In this document: positions 11,831 to 29,494 of the stretch, piece after piece
Numbering within the stretch: the first letter of the stretch is position 1
How the letters are laid out: each line of letters begins with the position of its first letter
Source of the DNA: Octopus sinensis
Taxonomy: Eukaryota
Reading direction: 5' to 3'
NCBI RefSeq assembly: GCF_006345805.1
Contig: NW_021833936.1
Span: 9,950-73,949 of the forward strand
DNA length: 64,000 nucleotides
Position numbers and translations under genes: made by a program
Notes under the pieces: model-generated
Told to the model about the DNA's origin: nothing
The model's input: only the letters and a program-made list of their open reading frames with translations
Databases searched by the model: none

Positions 11831-13375
11831 ATGGAACAAGTACCAGCAAAAAGCCACAGTTATGCGGCAGCAACTAGCAGAGGAGTGGACTCTGACCTTT
11901 AGAAGTTCGTGAGGTGGAGGTAGAACCGAAGAAGCTAAAAGAGTGTGAAAAGTTATTGAAAAGAGAAGGCAATACTTTAAAATTAACACCACCAGATGAA
12001 CTAACGAACATTGTGACAAAAAGAACTATAATATTTAAAACATTGAAGCAGTCATCGAGAAAAATCGAAATTGCAACTATCGAAGCTATTGAAGAGTGCT
12101 TAAAAGAAATTAAGAAGTTCACCACTTTTATCATAAGAGGAAGACCGTATGGCATAGTGAAGGTGCGATTCGTGACTGAAGACGAAGCAATAAAGCACTC
12201 CACTGTAGCCATAAAAATAACAAAATGTTTACTTTTGCCAACTTACTGTGGCAAGCATGTTGCCAGGGTAAGAGTAAGAAAAATACCCCCAGAAATAAAT
12301 GAAACATGGTTGGTAGCAGTCATAATGTTTAACATGGAGGAAGATGCCAAAATACTTAAAGTGACGGGAACCAAAAGGTTAAATTGATGGGGTTGTGGTA
12401 TAAAGATGGCCATACAAGCAAGTTTAAGTGATCTAAACAGGATTGCAGACGAAATAGTTTTACCCGAGGATGTGAAGCTGAGAGTGGTAGGCCTCCCATA
12501 TGCTACCTATGTGGAGAGAAAGGCCATATGAAGTGAGAGAGAAGAGCAGGAACAACAGATGGAATGGTCTGAGAAGCAGGAGAGGGTGAACGAAGTGGTA
12601 CAGGGTGATGTGAAAGAGACGGCAATAACAGAGGAAGCATTCACAGTAGTTAAAAACGAAAAAGAAAAGAGAGAGTTAGCTCTCCACCGGAGAGGCAGAA
12701 AAATAAAAAAAGAATTAGATAAGGAGATTGAAGAAGAGCTCTAGGAGGAGCTTGAGAAAGAGGAGAAGTAGCAAGGTTACTAGCTATACCAGTGAAGGAG
12801 GAAGATTTAGGCGGTGTAGATAGACAACAGCATGAACGTGAAACAGCGACATTAACCAAAATGGAGGACGATAAAGATAAAGAGAGAAGGCACCAAGAGT
12901 GGAGCAAGGAAAAGGAAAACAAGCGAGAAAGCCGAAAAAGCACAGGTGGAATTTCGTTACATACACTAAGAACCCAGTGACTGAAAGAAATATAACGAAG
13001 TTTAAATCTATTATAAGGGTTAAGTTGCCTAAGGATATTTACTCGGAAAATGTGAAGGCTATCGTAATTGATAAAGGTAGATATAACGGGCTAAAAGAAA
13101 TGTGTGTAAGTGATTTTGATCCGCCGGCAGTTGTGGTGGAGTTTGATGAACTGCCGCCAGTGGTGGAATTAAGAGAACTGGAACCATTTATGAGAAATAA
13201 GAAAAAAGTAAGCAAAATAGTTTTTTTAGAAAAAAAAAGAGAAGACAAAAACGATGATAATGGGGAAAAAAAACAAAGGAAAAGAAAAGATCATAAACTG
13301 TGCGTAAAAACGTTCAACTGGTACTGCATGAGAGTGGGGCTCATGCAGCCATTTCTTTTCTTCATTATTATATAA
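11831..13375 (+). pseudogene. Decayed retroelement Gag/ORF1p-like protein (RRM-like region, CCHC knuckle, E/K-rich tail)
   Basis: Starts MEQVPAKSHSYAAAT, continues through track ORF 11914-12387 (VARVRVRKIPPEINETWL), zinc knuckle CYLCGEKGH at 12501-12527, then acidic/basic segments and ORF 12899-13375; several stops and frameshifts. Confidence 0.7.
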
Positions 13376-13465
13376 CATTTCCTCATTTTCGTTCGTTTTG
13401 TATATTTTGTCCCCACTGTGGCGTTCTATCTGTCCTTGTGTTGTCCGCTCCGTATAAAAGCCTGA

Positions 13466-13850
13466 GTGGAGGCGCAATGGCCCAGTGGTTAGGGCAGCGG
13501 ACTCGCGGTCATAGGATCGCGGTTTCGATTCCCAGACCGGGCGTTGTGAGTGTTTATTGAGCGAAAACACCTAAATGCTCTACGAGGCTCCAGCAGGGGA
13601 TTGTGGTGATCCCTGCTGTACTCTTTCACCACAACTTTCTCTCACTCTTACTTCCTGTTTCTGTTATACCTGTATTTCAAAGGGCCGGCCTTGTCACTCT
13701 CTGTGTCACGCTGAATATCCCCGGGAACTACGTTAAGGGTACACGTGTCTGTGGAGTGCTCAGCCACTTACACGTTAATTTCACGAGCAGGCTGTTCCGT
13801 TGATTCGGATCAACCGGAACCCTCGTCGTCGTAACCGACGGAGTGCTTCC
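13466..13850 (+). mobile_element. SINE-B, full length
   Basis: 12-bp TSD ataaaagcctga at 13454-13465 and 13851-13862. Confidence 0.92.
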
Positions 13851-14129
13851 ATAAAAGCCTGAGTGCTTAATAAAACAAAATAGTTGACAGTGGGCAGTTG
13901 ACAGCGTTGATCGTTCGAATTGGATTACTGTGTTAGTTTGATATCGTACCTACGTTTGACGAAGTACGGAGTACGTTCTCCGTGAACATATCAATTCTGC
14001 GAAAGGTTATTCTAGATAACCAAATTTATTGGATAATATTTATTTGGATAAATAAATTTATTGGATAATATTTATTTGGATAATATCATTCCTACACCCT
14101 TGTGCACACCCCCAACGTCGTCATATCAT

Positions 14130-14452
14130 TATTGGCGACGAGGTATTCAAAACCACGACATAACATTCTTCTAACCTTGCTCCATCTGACCATTATATTT
14201 TCCAGATCACTGCAACATTAATTAGAGAGAAAACAATTTATTAATTATGAAAAGATTAAAAATGATATTGAGCATTTCTTTGTTTCGAGATCTGAACAAT
14301 TTTACTCGAGGGATAAAGAATTTGCCAAATAGATAAGATTATATTATCAATAATGAGGGGAAATATTATCTTGATTACATATTGTTAATTAAGAGCAAAA
14401 ATGCGTTTGTTTCCTTCTTGAAATGCAACAGGACTTCTTTCCCGACCTAATT
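14130..14452 (+). mobile_element. Mariner 3' end (transposase C-terminus + TIR)
   Basis: LAPSDHYIF...KIKNDIEHFFVSRSEQFYSR (PDLAPSDY-like motif), ending with TIR gcaacaggacttctttcccgacctaa. Confidence 0.75.
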
Positions 14453-14675
14453 TATTCAAATGTAGTTTGTCAACAAAAGAAGAGCTTATTCAGTCCATGT
14501 TATAGAGTAAGTTATTTATTTAAAGTGAATTCTATTTCTCGCAACTCGAGATTCACTCTCTTCGCGATCTTCAGACAACAGCTTTTTTCCTTTTGTGATC
14601 ATGCTTAGTTTACTTCATTCTTTCTTTCTATGCAAACTTTAAGGTGAATGTGTGTGTGTGTGTATACATATTTGT

Positions 14676-14909
14676 TATTTCTTTATTGCCCACAAGGAAC
14701 TAAACACAGAGGGGACAAACAAGGACAGACAAACGGATTAAGTCGATTATATCGACCCCAGTGCGTAACTGGTACTTAATCTATCGACCCCGAAATGATG
14801 AAAGGCAAAGTCGACCTCGGTGGAATTTGAACTCAGAACGTAACAACGGCAGACGAAATACCACTAAGCATTTCGCCCGGCGTGCTAACGTTTCTGCCAG
14901 CTCGCCGCC
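14676..14909 (-). mobile_element. SINE-C monomer (C1)
   Basis: Reverse complement of 2425-2651. Confidence 0.9.
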
Positions 14910-15047
14910 TTATACATATTTGTATGCCTGTGTATATGTGTGCGTGCGTATGTGAGTTCTCGTATGTGACTGCGTTTTACAAAGAATGGGGCTAGAGACT
15001 TTATTTTCGCGTAAAATATTAAAGTGCTCAATTCGCACTCTCATAGA

Positions 15048-15115
<68 letters not shown>

Positions 15116-15597
15116 CCTGTGGCTATTTCCGTGCCATATTTTCACGTTGGCAAAGAGGTATTTGGACACAACAATCTCTTGCAACGTAACATATAATGTA
15201 TGACAGAAGTCAAGTGTCACATGATATGCCCTGATATGTTCTTTTGATCTCACTTCCCCACAATTTTAGCTTCATTATGAGACCATAATATATTTAAATA
15301 TGTAGAATTTATTACACAGATAGACACATAAGCACATAAGACATTTGTATATATCAGTCTTCTGTAAACTGAGCTTCTCTGGACGCATGCGTCCTTGTGC
15401 GATCAGCTGGGTGAGTCCATAAAATGTATTACTGACGGCTTAATCATAAATTTTAATCATATTGATTTTATTAGAATTCTGAGATATGGTCGAAGTTTTG
15501 TTTATGATTGTTCGTACAAGTTGCTTTACTAAGTATTTCGCATCACTACTGCATCAAACGTCGGCAGTGAGTCATCTATGTAGCCATGGCTTTTATG

Positions 15598-15670
<73 letters not shown>

Positions 15671-15779
15671 CACGGACACACGCACACTTGCATATACAAA
15701 TAGATATCGGTAATCAAAGATTCAAGAACGTTCTTATTTCTAAGCCCCAATTTTCTTTTAAATATGAAGAGAGATTCTT

Positions 15780-15998
15780 CTTGATTTTCCAGATTTCCGC
15801 GGTGCGTTCATCTCCCACTGGAAGGGACGCCAATCAGTGGTAGAATTAATTACTCATTTTTGCTAGCTGAGTGAACTGGAGCAACGTGAAATAAAATGTT
15901 TTGTTCAAGAACAAAACGCGTCGCCCGGTCCAGGAATCGAAACCACAATCTTAAGATCATGAGTTCAACATCCTAACCACTAAGTCACGCGCCTTCAC
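15780..15998 (-). mobile_element. SINE, head D + V-like tail
   Basis: Head D as at 1831-2148, followed by a gattggcgtcccttccag tail as at 58335-58602. Confidence 0.75.
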
Positions 15999-16014
15999 TA
16001 AAAGTATGAAAGTA

Positions 16015-16154
16015 TAAGGTTGTCCCAAAGTTCGTAGAAAGTCTTGGAAAATAATGGTCTTTATTTTGAGGAATAATTTTTGTTGTTTTTGTTAGTACTT
16101 GGCGAGTAAAAATTCAATTTTCGCAAGTGTTTACGAACTTTTGGGACAACCTAA
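16015..16154. mobile_element. Mariner-type MITE (~140 bp)
   Basis: TA-flanked TIRs taaggttgtcccaaagttcgta and tacgaacttttgggacaacctaa. Confidence 0.8.
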
Positions 16155-16439
16155 TATTTACGATTATATGTCGCGTTCTAAAAATAACACAACCGTAAGA
16201 ATTAAAATATTAAACATGAGCGCTTATGAAATTGTTGTCAAAATATGAATCAGTACAACATTAATATAAAGATCAGCAACAAGTAGCACTTAAAGTGAGG
16301 GTTTCGTACTAGTATTGTTCAAATGTCCATTCGACTGTTTTGCACCAGAATAAACATGTGTTTATTGTCGATTCTTTGTAAAACAATGAGAATTAAAGAA
16401 ATGTCGACATTACACAATAAGTCGATTAGCTTAAATAGA

Positions 16440-17621
16440 AATCTGAAGTCGTTAGAAAACGATGATTATGGCTTCTTTCAAGACGAATCAAACTCCTAAT
16501 CATCGCTTCTATCAAGGTTTCGTTGATGGTTATTAAGAGTCTGCCAGGGAACCGTATCCTGACGTGGCGCTCATCATGAGAAACTCTGAAGGTTTTGTCG
16601 TCGAGGAAACGGAGGACTGTACGAAATGGAAGAAACTCAAAGCGGTTCCTCTCTCAGCTAATTCATGCATTGTGAATGCGAATGAACAACTTCTTCGAGC
16701 CACAGAGAAAAGCGATACAATTGCTTATGCAGTTAACGTAAGTGAAGACAGTTCTCGCATATCACGGTGCTGCGTTTTCGTCCAAAGCATTAATAATGAT
16801 TTCAAAGTGACAGAAGATTTGTTTAATTTGTATTCTTTGAAGGGAGAACCCAAAGAAGATATTTTGATATGTGCCATGGAAGCCACCACCGGTGGTTGAA
16901 CATTCCTGCTCAACGTATATTTTTCTTTACTACTGACAGGGTACATGCGATGGTTGATAACAGTGTAGAGTTTTAAATTTCTCTTCAAGACTCGTTAAGG
17001 AACACGTGATAATGTAATTAGTTATTACTGCATTATTCATCAGAAAAGTTTAACGACTTTTCGTTCAGTTATATTTGACGATGTGATGAAAGATGAAACT
17101 ATTATTAATTACATCGCTGCACATACACTGCATTATCAAGAATTTCATGGTCTACTCTACGAATGCAGCACGCAGTATGGCGAGCTACTGCACCACTCCC
17201 AAGTTAGATGGTTATCAAAATGATCTGTGTTCGATCACTTTCTCCACTCCGTGCAGGTAATACATACATTCTTACCTGAACAAAAACATGCCAGTAAGAA
17301 TTAGTAGTATTTTCATCAATGTGAACAACGGCCTTCCAAGTGGACAAGGCTAGTCATCTTGAAAAGTTGGAGCTTCAAAAAAAAAGACAAAACAATTTCA
17401 ATTTACGGCTGACCACTCGTTTTGAAAGGCTCCAATATTTAAAAGATGAATTTAAGTGGAAGGAGCAGGAGACCTTTGGAAAATTGTGTACGTCATTTAC
17501 GTGGATTATACAACCAGACGAACTTTGTCACATGCCAACTTGTTCCTTTTTTTCGGAAGATATCATTCCCGAACCTCAGACGGATTTGACAGAAATGCTC
17601 TCGAATATTGATGATTTGTAA
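16440..17621 (+). pseudogene. hAT (Charlie/SPIN/GTF2IRD2-like) transposase remnant
   Basis: Motifs VPLSANS, IAYAVNVSEDSSRISRCCVFVQSINNDFKVTEDL, YYCIIHQ (CxxH), YGELLHHSQVRWLSK; many stops and frameshifts. Confidence 0.85.
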
Positions 17622-17708
17622 CATTGTATGCATTCTACCTTTATATTTCTTGAGATGTAAAATAGAAAATTTATTCCCTATTTGAGTATACATATTGTTC
17701 TGTGTCAT

Positions 17709-18135
17709 CTTTTACTCTTTTACTCTTTTACTCTTTCACATGTTTCAGTCATTTGACTGTGGCCATGCTGGAGCACCGCCTCTAGTCGAGAAAATCGACC
17801 CCGGGACTTATTCTTTGTATGCCCAGTACTTATTCTATCAGTTTCTTTTGCCGAACCGCTAAGTTACGGGGACGTAAACACACCAGCATCGGTTGTCAAG
17901 CAATGCTAGGGGGACAAACACAGACACACAAACACATACACACAGATATATATATATATATATACATATATACGACGGGCTTCTTTCAGTTTCCGTCTAC
18001 CAAATCCACTCACAAGGCTTTGGTCGGCCCGGGGCTATAGCAGAAGACACTTGCCCAAGATGCCACGCAGTGGAACTGAACCCGGAACCATGTGGTTGGT
18101 TAGCAAGCTACTTACCACACAGCCACTCCTGCGCC
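17709..18135 (-). mobile_element. SINE-A, full length
   Basis: Homology to the SINE-A consensus. Confidence 0.9.
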
Positions 18136-18534
18136 CAGTATTAAAAAACGAAAACAGTAACACAAGAAACAGGCTTACTTACCATATATCTTCGTAGTTT
18201 TACACAATTTTTAATAAAGACAGAGAAGCTTAGCCAAAACGTATAAACCCAGTCCTTTCATTGATTTCAACGCTGCACACAAATGTCTTGATTCTGTATG
18301 CTACAGGAATGTAATAGCAATATTTAATCACTTACGTACAAGAATGTCGTATGCATATAATTTTAGAATTAAGAATAAAAACTAAATTTATATCAAAATA
18401 ATTTGAGTCAAGCGGTCTTAAGAATAATGTAAATGTTAAAAGTAGCCGGAAATTTACAAGAAGTTCGGGAATATTCTGATTAAATAAACGCAAATAAGTG
18501 CGCACGCGCGTGTGTATGTTCAAAAATACACATA

Positions 18535-18907
<373 letters not shown>

Positions 18908-18934
18908 TGTATAAATTGTGTTTTAGAATATTGT

Positions 18935-19111
18935 AATGCTTAGTGGTATTTCCTAATAATTTACGTTCTGAGTTCAACTTCCACCAACGTTGACTCTGTC
19001 TTTCATCCTTTCGGGGTCGATACATTAAATACCAGTTGTGTACTGGGTCGATCAAATCGACTAACACCCTCCCCAAAAATTTCAGGCATTGTGCCTAGAG
19101 TAGAAAAGATT
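18935..19111 (+). mobile_element. SINE-C, C2 end type, diverged
   Basis: Central C block followed by ccccaaaaatttcaggcattgtgcctagagtagaaaagatt. Confidence 0.8.
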
Positions 19112-19140
19112 ATTTAGAACATTTTGATTCGAGGTTCCAT

Positions 19141-19353
19141 GCAAACACAGACACACACACATAAATATGTACATTAATATATACGACAGGTTTCTTTCAG
19201 TTTCCGTCTACCAAAACCACTCACAGGACTTTGGTCAGCCTGAGGCTATAGTATAACACACTTGCCCAAGGTGCCATGAAATGGGACCGAACCCGGAACC
19301 ATGTGGCTGGGAAGCAAGTTTCTTACTACACAGCACACAGCCCCGCCTGCTCC
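19141..19353 (-). mobile_element. SINE-A 5' half, diverged
   Basis: Head through internal microsatellite only. Confidence 0.8.
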
Positions 19354-19385
19354 TAATACATACATACATACATACATACACACAC

Positions 19386-20750
<1,365 letters not shown>

Positions 20751-21184
20751 CGAAAGCAGAAAAACTGAAATATAGAAAATATTAATAAAAAAAATTAAAA
20801 TGAAATGAAAAAACTAAATTCACCATACGGGGTTAACCCACATTTGTACTGAGTGGCCCAAGGAGCGCCGTTCTTCTGCGCAGACCGTCTACTCTTCACT
20901 ACATCTCTTCTTTCTCTCCCAACTTACCCCCCCTCTCTCTCTCTCCTCTCTCTCTCTTTTCCACTGTCTGTCTTTCTTTTTAATCTCTCTACACTTATTC
21001 CATTCCCAGTAAATAACAACAACGATTTCAAGAGCAACAACAATGACAATAACAAGTAATATATATATGTAACAAAAAATCTGAAGTAAATAAAATTTTT
21101 TTAAATAATATGAATATAGAACAAAAGTAATAAAGCGAAAAAAAAGAAAAAATTGAAGGAAAAATTTAAAATAATGACAACTGC

Positions 21185-23745
<2,561 letters not shown>

Positions 23746-24078
23746 TACATTATTCTCTGCCAACACAATCGCCACAGCAGACTTCACTCTTCCACACTCT
23801 TCTCTCACCCACGTTACACACAGCCAGAAATATACTCACACACACACACACATACGCACACACACACACACACACATACACACACACACAGACACACACA
23901 CACACACACACACATAGACACATTCATACACTCAAAACACGCACATATATGTGCATACGCATGAATATATGAATGCACGCACGTACACACTCACACAGAC
24001 ACGTACACAAATATATACATGCATACATAATATATATGTATACATATATATATATATATGTATGTATGTATATATATG

Positions 24079-24116
<38 letters not shown>

Positions 24117-24177
24117 TATATAGATAAATGCATAGATACATACATTCATACATGGGTGTGTGTGTGTATTATATTAC

Positions 24178-24258
<81 letters not shown>

Positions 24259-24887
24259 GATAGATATATCATATATAAATATAAATATACATATTTATAT
24301 ACATGTATATATATATATGTATATATATATATGTATATTATATATATATACATATATATATAAATACATGCAGAAAAACATGCATGCGCATGCGCACGCA
24401 TACACACACACACACACACACATACACACACACGTGAGCGCACTCACACACACACGCATACACGCGCGCGCAAGCACTCACTCACACATTGCATATATTC
24501 ATAGATTCACACAAACAAAAATTCCAAGGTTTTCACCTTGGCATCTTTTCTATCCCAAAGCACCACCATCATTACCATCATACCGCCACCACCACCACCA
24601 CCACCACCACCACCATCACCACCATCACCATCACCACAATCAACCTTCTCTGCACCACCAACACCAACACCTGATCGAACTATCATCAATATTTCAACCA
24701 TCTCCACCACCACCACCACCACCACCACCACCACCACCACCACCACCAGCAACAGCAACAGCGGCAACACTATCACTGCAATTACAGCCTCTGTATGGTT
24801 GGCTGACCAGCAAGAAATAGCAACCAAAACTATTTCAAATCACACCTCGTAATGATGAAAGAAGGGAGAAATGCATTGGATTGCGTA

Positions 24888-25111
24888 ATACCTATTTCTT
24901 TATTACCCACAAGGGGCTAAACACAGAGAGGACAAACAAGGACAGACATAGGTATTAAGTCGATTACATCGGCCCCAGTGCGTAACTGGTACTTAATTTT
25001 TCGAACCCGAAAGGATGAAAGGCAAGTCGACCTCGGCGGAATTTGAACTCAGAACGTAACGACAGACGAAATACCGCTAAGCATTTCGCCCGGCGTGCTA
25101 ACGTTTCTGCC
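24888..25111 (-). mobile_element. SINE-C monomer (C1) ending with the first bases of a next unit
   Basis: Sense-strand 3' end reads aaagaaataggtat. Confidence 0.88.
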
Positions 25112-25149
25112 CTAAGATATGGGTTCGTCACGGCCGGATTGCCTTTAAA

Positions 25150-25410
25150 CATAGATCTGCTCGAATAGAGTTCCACACTTGCATCACAGCAAATGATTGT
25201 ATGGTGGCACTGGAGTGGCAGCCCGAACGGGGAAAAGAGCAGCAGGGCGCCCTAAATCCACATGGCGAATGACTATCGACAAGGAAAGGGGACTAGAAGA
25301 CGTGGAGAAGCTGGAATGAGACCAGAACAGTACCAGAAAACCAGAGCTGGCTGGAGGGATCGTGTGGTGGCTTTACGTGACTCATGGCATGGCGAGAATC
25401 ACTCATTAAC
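25150..25410 (+). pseudogene. RTE-clade LINE 3' coding end
   Basis: Frameshifted ALEWQPERGK..GRPKSTWRMTIDKE...RAGWRDRVVALRDSWHGEN, matching the RTE C-terminal ALxWxPxGxRxRGRPKxTW...WR pattern. Confidence 0.75.
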
Positions 25411-25861
25411 CATAACAAACATCATTATCTTCATAACCGAGAAGATAGCTCTGCATGGTCGTCTACGTTGCAAGAAATATCAGCAAAATCCCTCTCGTTA
25501 CTCTATGAAGGAACGGCATATTGGATAATTGTAATGCTAGGGTATTTTGAGCCCAAAAGCAAAACCAACTACAAGATGGTCACAGCTGGAACGTCTTTAA
25601 TCATAGGGTTGTTCAATACGTAGTTGATATGGGGCTAAACAACAACGCAATCTTAACCCTAACCGTAACTTCACCTCTAACCACACCACCACCACCACCA
25701 CCACCACCACCCCACCAACCACCACCACCACTACCACCACCACCTCCACCGATACTACCACTTGAACATTACCACCACTAACCAGCACCATCACTATATA
25801 GGTTAACACGAGCACCATCTTACTACTACTGCTATCAATATTAATACAAATACTATTATTC

Positions 25862-26220
25862 TTTTCTTCGCTTGGCACAAGGCCCGAAATTTGGGGGAAG
25901 GAGGCCAGTCGATTAGATCGACCCCAGTACGCAACTGCTACTTAATTTATCGACCCCGAAAGGATGAAAGGCAAAGTTGACCTCGGCGAAATTTGAACTC
26001 AGAACGTAACGGCAGACGAAATACCTATTTCTTTACTACCCACAAGGGGCTAAACACAGAGGAGACAAGCAAGGACAGACAGACGGATTAAGTCGATTAT
26101 ATCAACCCCAGTGCGTAACTGGTACTTAATTTATCGAACCGAAAGGATGAAAGGCAAGTCGACCTCGGTGGAATTTGAACTCAGAACTTAACGGCAGACG
26201 AAATACCGCTAAGCATTTCG
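25862..26220 (-). mobile_element. SINE-C dimer (C1 unit then C2 unit)
   Basis: Two tandem units joined at aaagaaata|ggtatttcgtc. Confidence 0.88.
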
Positions 26221-27640
26221 CATCATACTATCATCACTCTACTATCAACTCTAACCCTAGTCTAGCACCAACATTAACAGCATTCTTTAACCGACACCAT
26301 TCTGCTATTACATCTACTGTAACTGTACTAACGTAAATACTGACACTACTCCATCTTCAATACTACCACGACGCTATCACTAACATGACCACCACTCTAT
26401 AACTAAGATATTAACATTCTGTCACCAACACTAATATTAATCTATCACTACCACCATTAGTATTTTATCTTCAATACGAACATATGCCTATCTCTAACAG
26501 TACAAACACACTCTCGCCAATGCTACCACTCTATTACCAACTCATAGATAACTCTGTCACCAGCACTAACATATTCTTGTCATTAACACCACTACCACAT
26601 TCTCACCACCACAAACATCATACTCTGTCACCGACATAATATCAATGTGCTATCAACACCAAATTACTATCCAAGTGTATTCCCACTTCGACACTAATAT
26701 TAGCCTATCATCAACACTAACAATTCTACATCACCAGTTGTGACATTTATCACTCATACAAACACTATACTATCACCAACGTTAATACCACTCCGTAACC
26801 AACATCACCGTAGCCTCTATCACCAATCTCAACACCATTCTATCATCAACTTTAATACCTTCCTATTACCAATACTCTCATTTCTCCATTAACACCATCC
26901 TATTACAAACATAACTATCTTGCTAAAACGGCGAATTAGCAAAGTCGCAAAACCGCTGAGAGAATGTCTTGCGATATTTGTTCATATTCTCTGCTCTCTG
27001 ACTTCAAATTCTGCCTAAGTCATCTTTTCATTCTTTCAGGGTCGATAAAACGTACAAATCCAGGATTGGTGGAACGGTTAAAATATTGAGAGATATACTC
27101 AGCAGTACATGTTCTGGTTGTCTCTTCATTCTGACAGCAAGCAATGCGTGCAATGACACTGGTGCCAAGCAGTAACGATCCAAGTCGGCTGCCTTCTTTT
27201 TTTTTTTGATGAATATTGGTGGCGTGGCGGCGAAAGACGAATAGAGAACTGGCAGCCTTACTCAAAAAAGTCTTCTCTAGACTTGCACCTATATGTGAAG
27301 CTACATAAATGGATGCCCTCTATAACACCACTCTATCACCAACACTAACACTATTCTTTTATCAACACTATCGTCACCACAATCATCACTCTACTATCAA
27401 CATTAACGTTACCGCTATCACCAATACTATCACCGTGCTACTATCAGTACTAACACTACTTCTACACCAAACACTAACCCACAAACACCAACGCTATCAC
27501 TAACGCTTTCAGTATTCTAACACCAGCACTAATTCCATTATGTCACCAAGACTATCATTCCTATCATCAATACTATCACGAGCACTAACGCCACTCTAAC
27601 ACTAACACTAAACCCAGTCTATCATCAACACCAACACCAC
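26221..27640. repeat. Degenerate low-complexity tract (actatcaccaacactaac-like motifs)
   Basis: G-poor strand with recurring ACT/ATC/ACC triplet motifs; no clean period. Confidence 0.6.
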
Positions 27641-28124
27641 TGTCACGAGGTCTCTTTCAGTCGGGATTGGCCATGAATTTGCACCTGCATGCACAGGCAT
27701 GCTCAAAGTTTATTTTGTGGAAGACTAGAATGTCATGCACGCCAATCTCTCCTTCCCAGCGGAATGGATTGTCCAATGGTAAAACTTTCTCAAACATCCA
27801 TACAGCTCGGCACCAATGCCGTCGTAAACGTTGCTATCAGAATGCAAAAAGCCGGAACGAATACCGCAACCATCCCGTCCGACTCACATCAGCCAATCCA
27901 CTACCTTTGGTGTTGATGATAGACTGGGTTTAGTGTTAGTATTAGAGTGGCTTTAGTGCTCGTGATAGTATTGATGATAGGAATGATAGTCTTGGTGACA
28001 TAATGGAATTAGTGCTGGTATTAGAATACTGAAAGCGTTAGTGATAGCGTTGGTGTTAGTGGGTTAGTGTTTGGTGTAGAAGTAGTGTTAGTACTGATAG
28101 TAGCACGGTGATAGTATTGGTGAT
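27417..28124. repeat. 218-bp near-perfect inverted duplication around a 272-bp spacer
   Basis: 27417-27634 is the reverse complement of 27907-28124 with about 4-5 differences. Confidence 0.9.
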
Positions 28125-28438
28125 TACCTTTGATTGGTAACTTTCTATTTATCGACTCTAAAAGAATGAGCACAGACACTTGGAATAGCCACGATGAGGT
28201 TTCCATATAATGCTCTAAGGACATTTTCACTTCGCTACTTTACAGCTAATACTACTTCATCTTCAACATTGACACCACTCTAACTAATTTCGACTTTCTA
28301 GAAATAGCAGTCAACTCTCCCTCAAATCACATCGACCGCTTTAGGAAAAAGATACATTGGATAATGGTCCCAGATTCAGTATATCTGAATAAAAGACAGA
28401 AGGATGACAGCTAAGAGGCCTTCTCTGCGATCAACTAT

Positions 28439-28796
28439 TGGAAGCACTCCGTCGGTTGCGACGACGAGGGTTCCGGTTGATCCGAATCAACAGAACAGCC
28501 TGCTCGTGAAATTAACATGTAAGTGGCTGAGCACTCCACAGACACGTGTACCCTTAACGTAGTTCTCGGGGATATTCAGCGTGACACAGAGAGTGACAAG
28601 CCGGCCCTTTGAAATACGGGTAAAACAGAAACAGGAAGTAAGAGTGAGAGAAAGTTGTGGTGAAAGAGTCAGCAGGATCCCCACCATCCCCTGCCGGAGC
28701 CTCGTGGAGCTTTTAGGTGTATTCGCTCAATAAACACTCACAACGCCCGGTCTGGGAATCGAAACCGCGATCCTATGACCGCGAGTCCGCTGCCCT
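28439..28796 (-). mobile_element. SINE-B, 5' truncated
   Basis: Homology to the SINE-B consensus. Confidence 0.88.
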
Positions 28797-28938
28797 ATTT
28801 TGTCAAATGACTGAAACAAATAAAAGAATAAAATAAATCAGGGCCTGGGGCTAAGCAGCAACAACGACACCAACAACAACACTGTCAATACCACCATTAC
28901 TACAACCAACCACACTAATACTACCAGCAACAACCACA

Positions 28939-29452
28939 GTGGAGGCGCAATGACCCAGTGGTTAGGGCAGCGGACTCGCGGTCGTAAGAACGCGATTTCG
29001 ATTTCCAGACCGGGCATTGTGAGTGTTTATTGAGCAAAAACACCTCAACTCCACGAGGCTTCGGCGGGGGAGGGTGGTGAACCCCACTGTACTCTTTCAC
29101 CACAACTTTCTCTCCCTCTTTCTTCCTACTTCTGTCACAAAGCAGAGGAACCATGGTGTAACCCACTATGGTGTGGTAAACTTTCAGACCCTAGTCTAGA
29201 TTGCGAATCCTCTGTACCTCAGGATGGTTCAGCTCTCCGCCCGTTACAGAATGAGGATAACAACGTAGCTTTCGCGCCAGTGCAACCGCCAGTCTATCGC
29301 GTGTGGTGGGTGGATCTTCAGGTTGCCACTCGCATTCTTAGTAGCTTAGAGTAGGCTTGAATTAGAGATTATTCTTTGAGGCTAATGGCGCGAGTCCTGA
29401 TTGGAAGAAGAAGAAGAAGAAGAAGAAGAAGAAGAAGAAGAAGAAGAAGAAG
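28939..29452 (+). mobile_element. SINE, head B + unique ~270-bp tail ending in (GAA)n
   Basis: Head B to ~29130, then an unrelated tail and (GAA)n; imperfect TSD caaccaca/caatcaca at 28931-28938 and 29453-29460. Confidence 0.6.
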
Positions 29453-29494
29453 CAATCACATCAGCAACTTTATATCAATTTTAGCACTACCATT

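Larger units (their letters stand above)
11586..13890 (+). mobile_element. gag/ORF1-only retroelement remnant with ~60-bp terminal direct repeats
   Basis: Repeat tgtc..ctc.gt.taaaagcc.gagtgcttaataaaa.aaaatagttgacag at 11586-11645 and 13437-13890 (the latter split by SINE-B); encloses one decayed ORF and no RT. Confidence 0.6.

Noticed and set aside
14020-14090. Short tandem ttggataatattta repeat
   Set aside because: Only 3-4 degenerate AT-rich units; a local duplication with no further structure.
25640-25685. taaccctaaccgtaac as telomeric repeat
   Set aside because: Only one or two imperfect units; no array.
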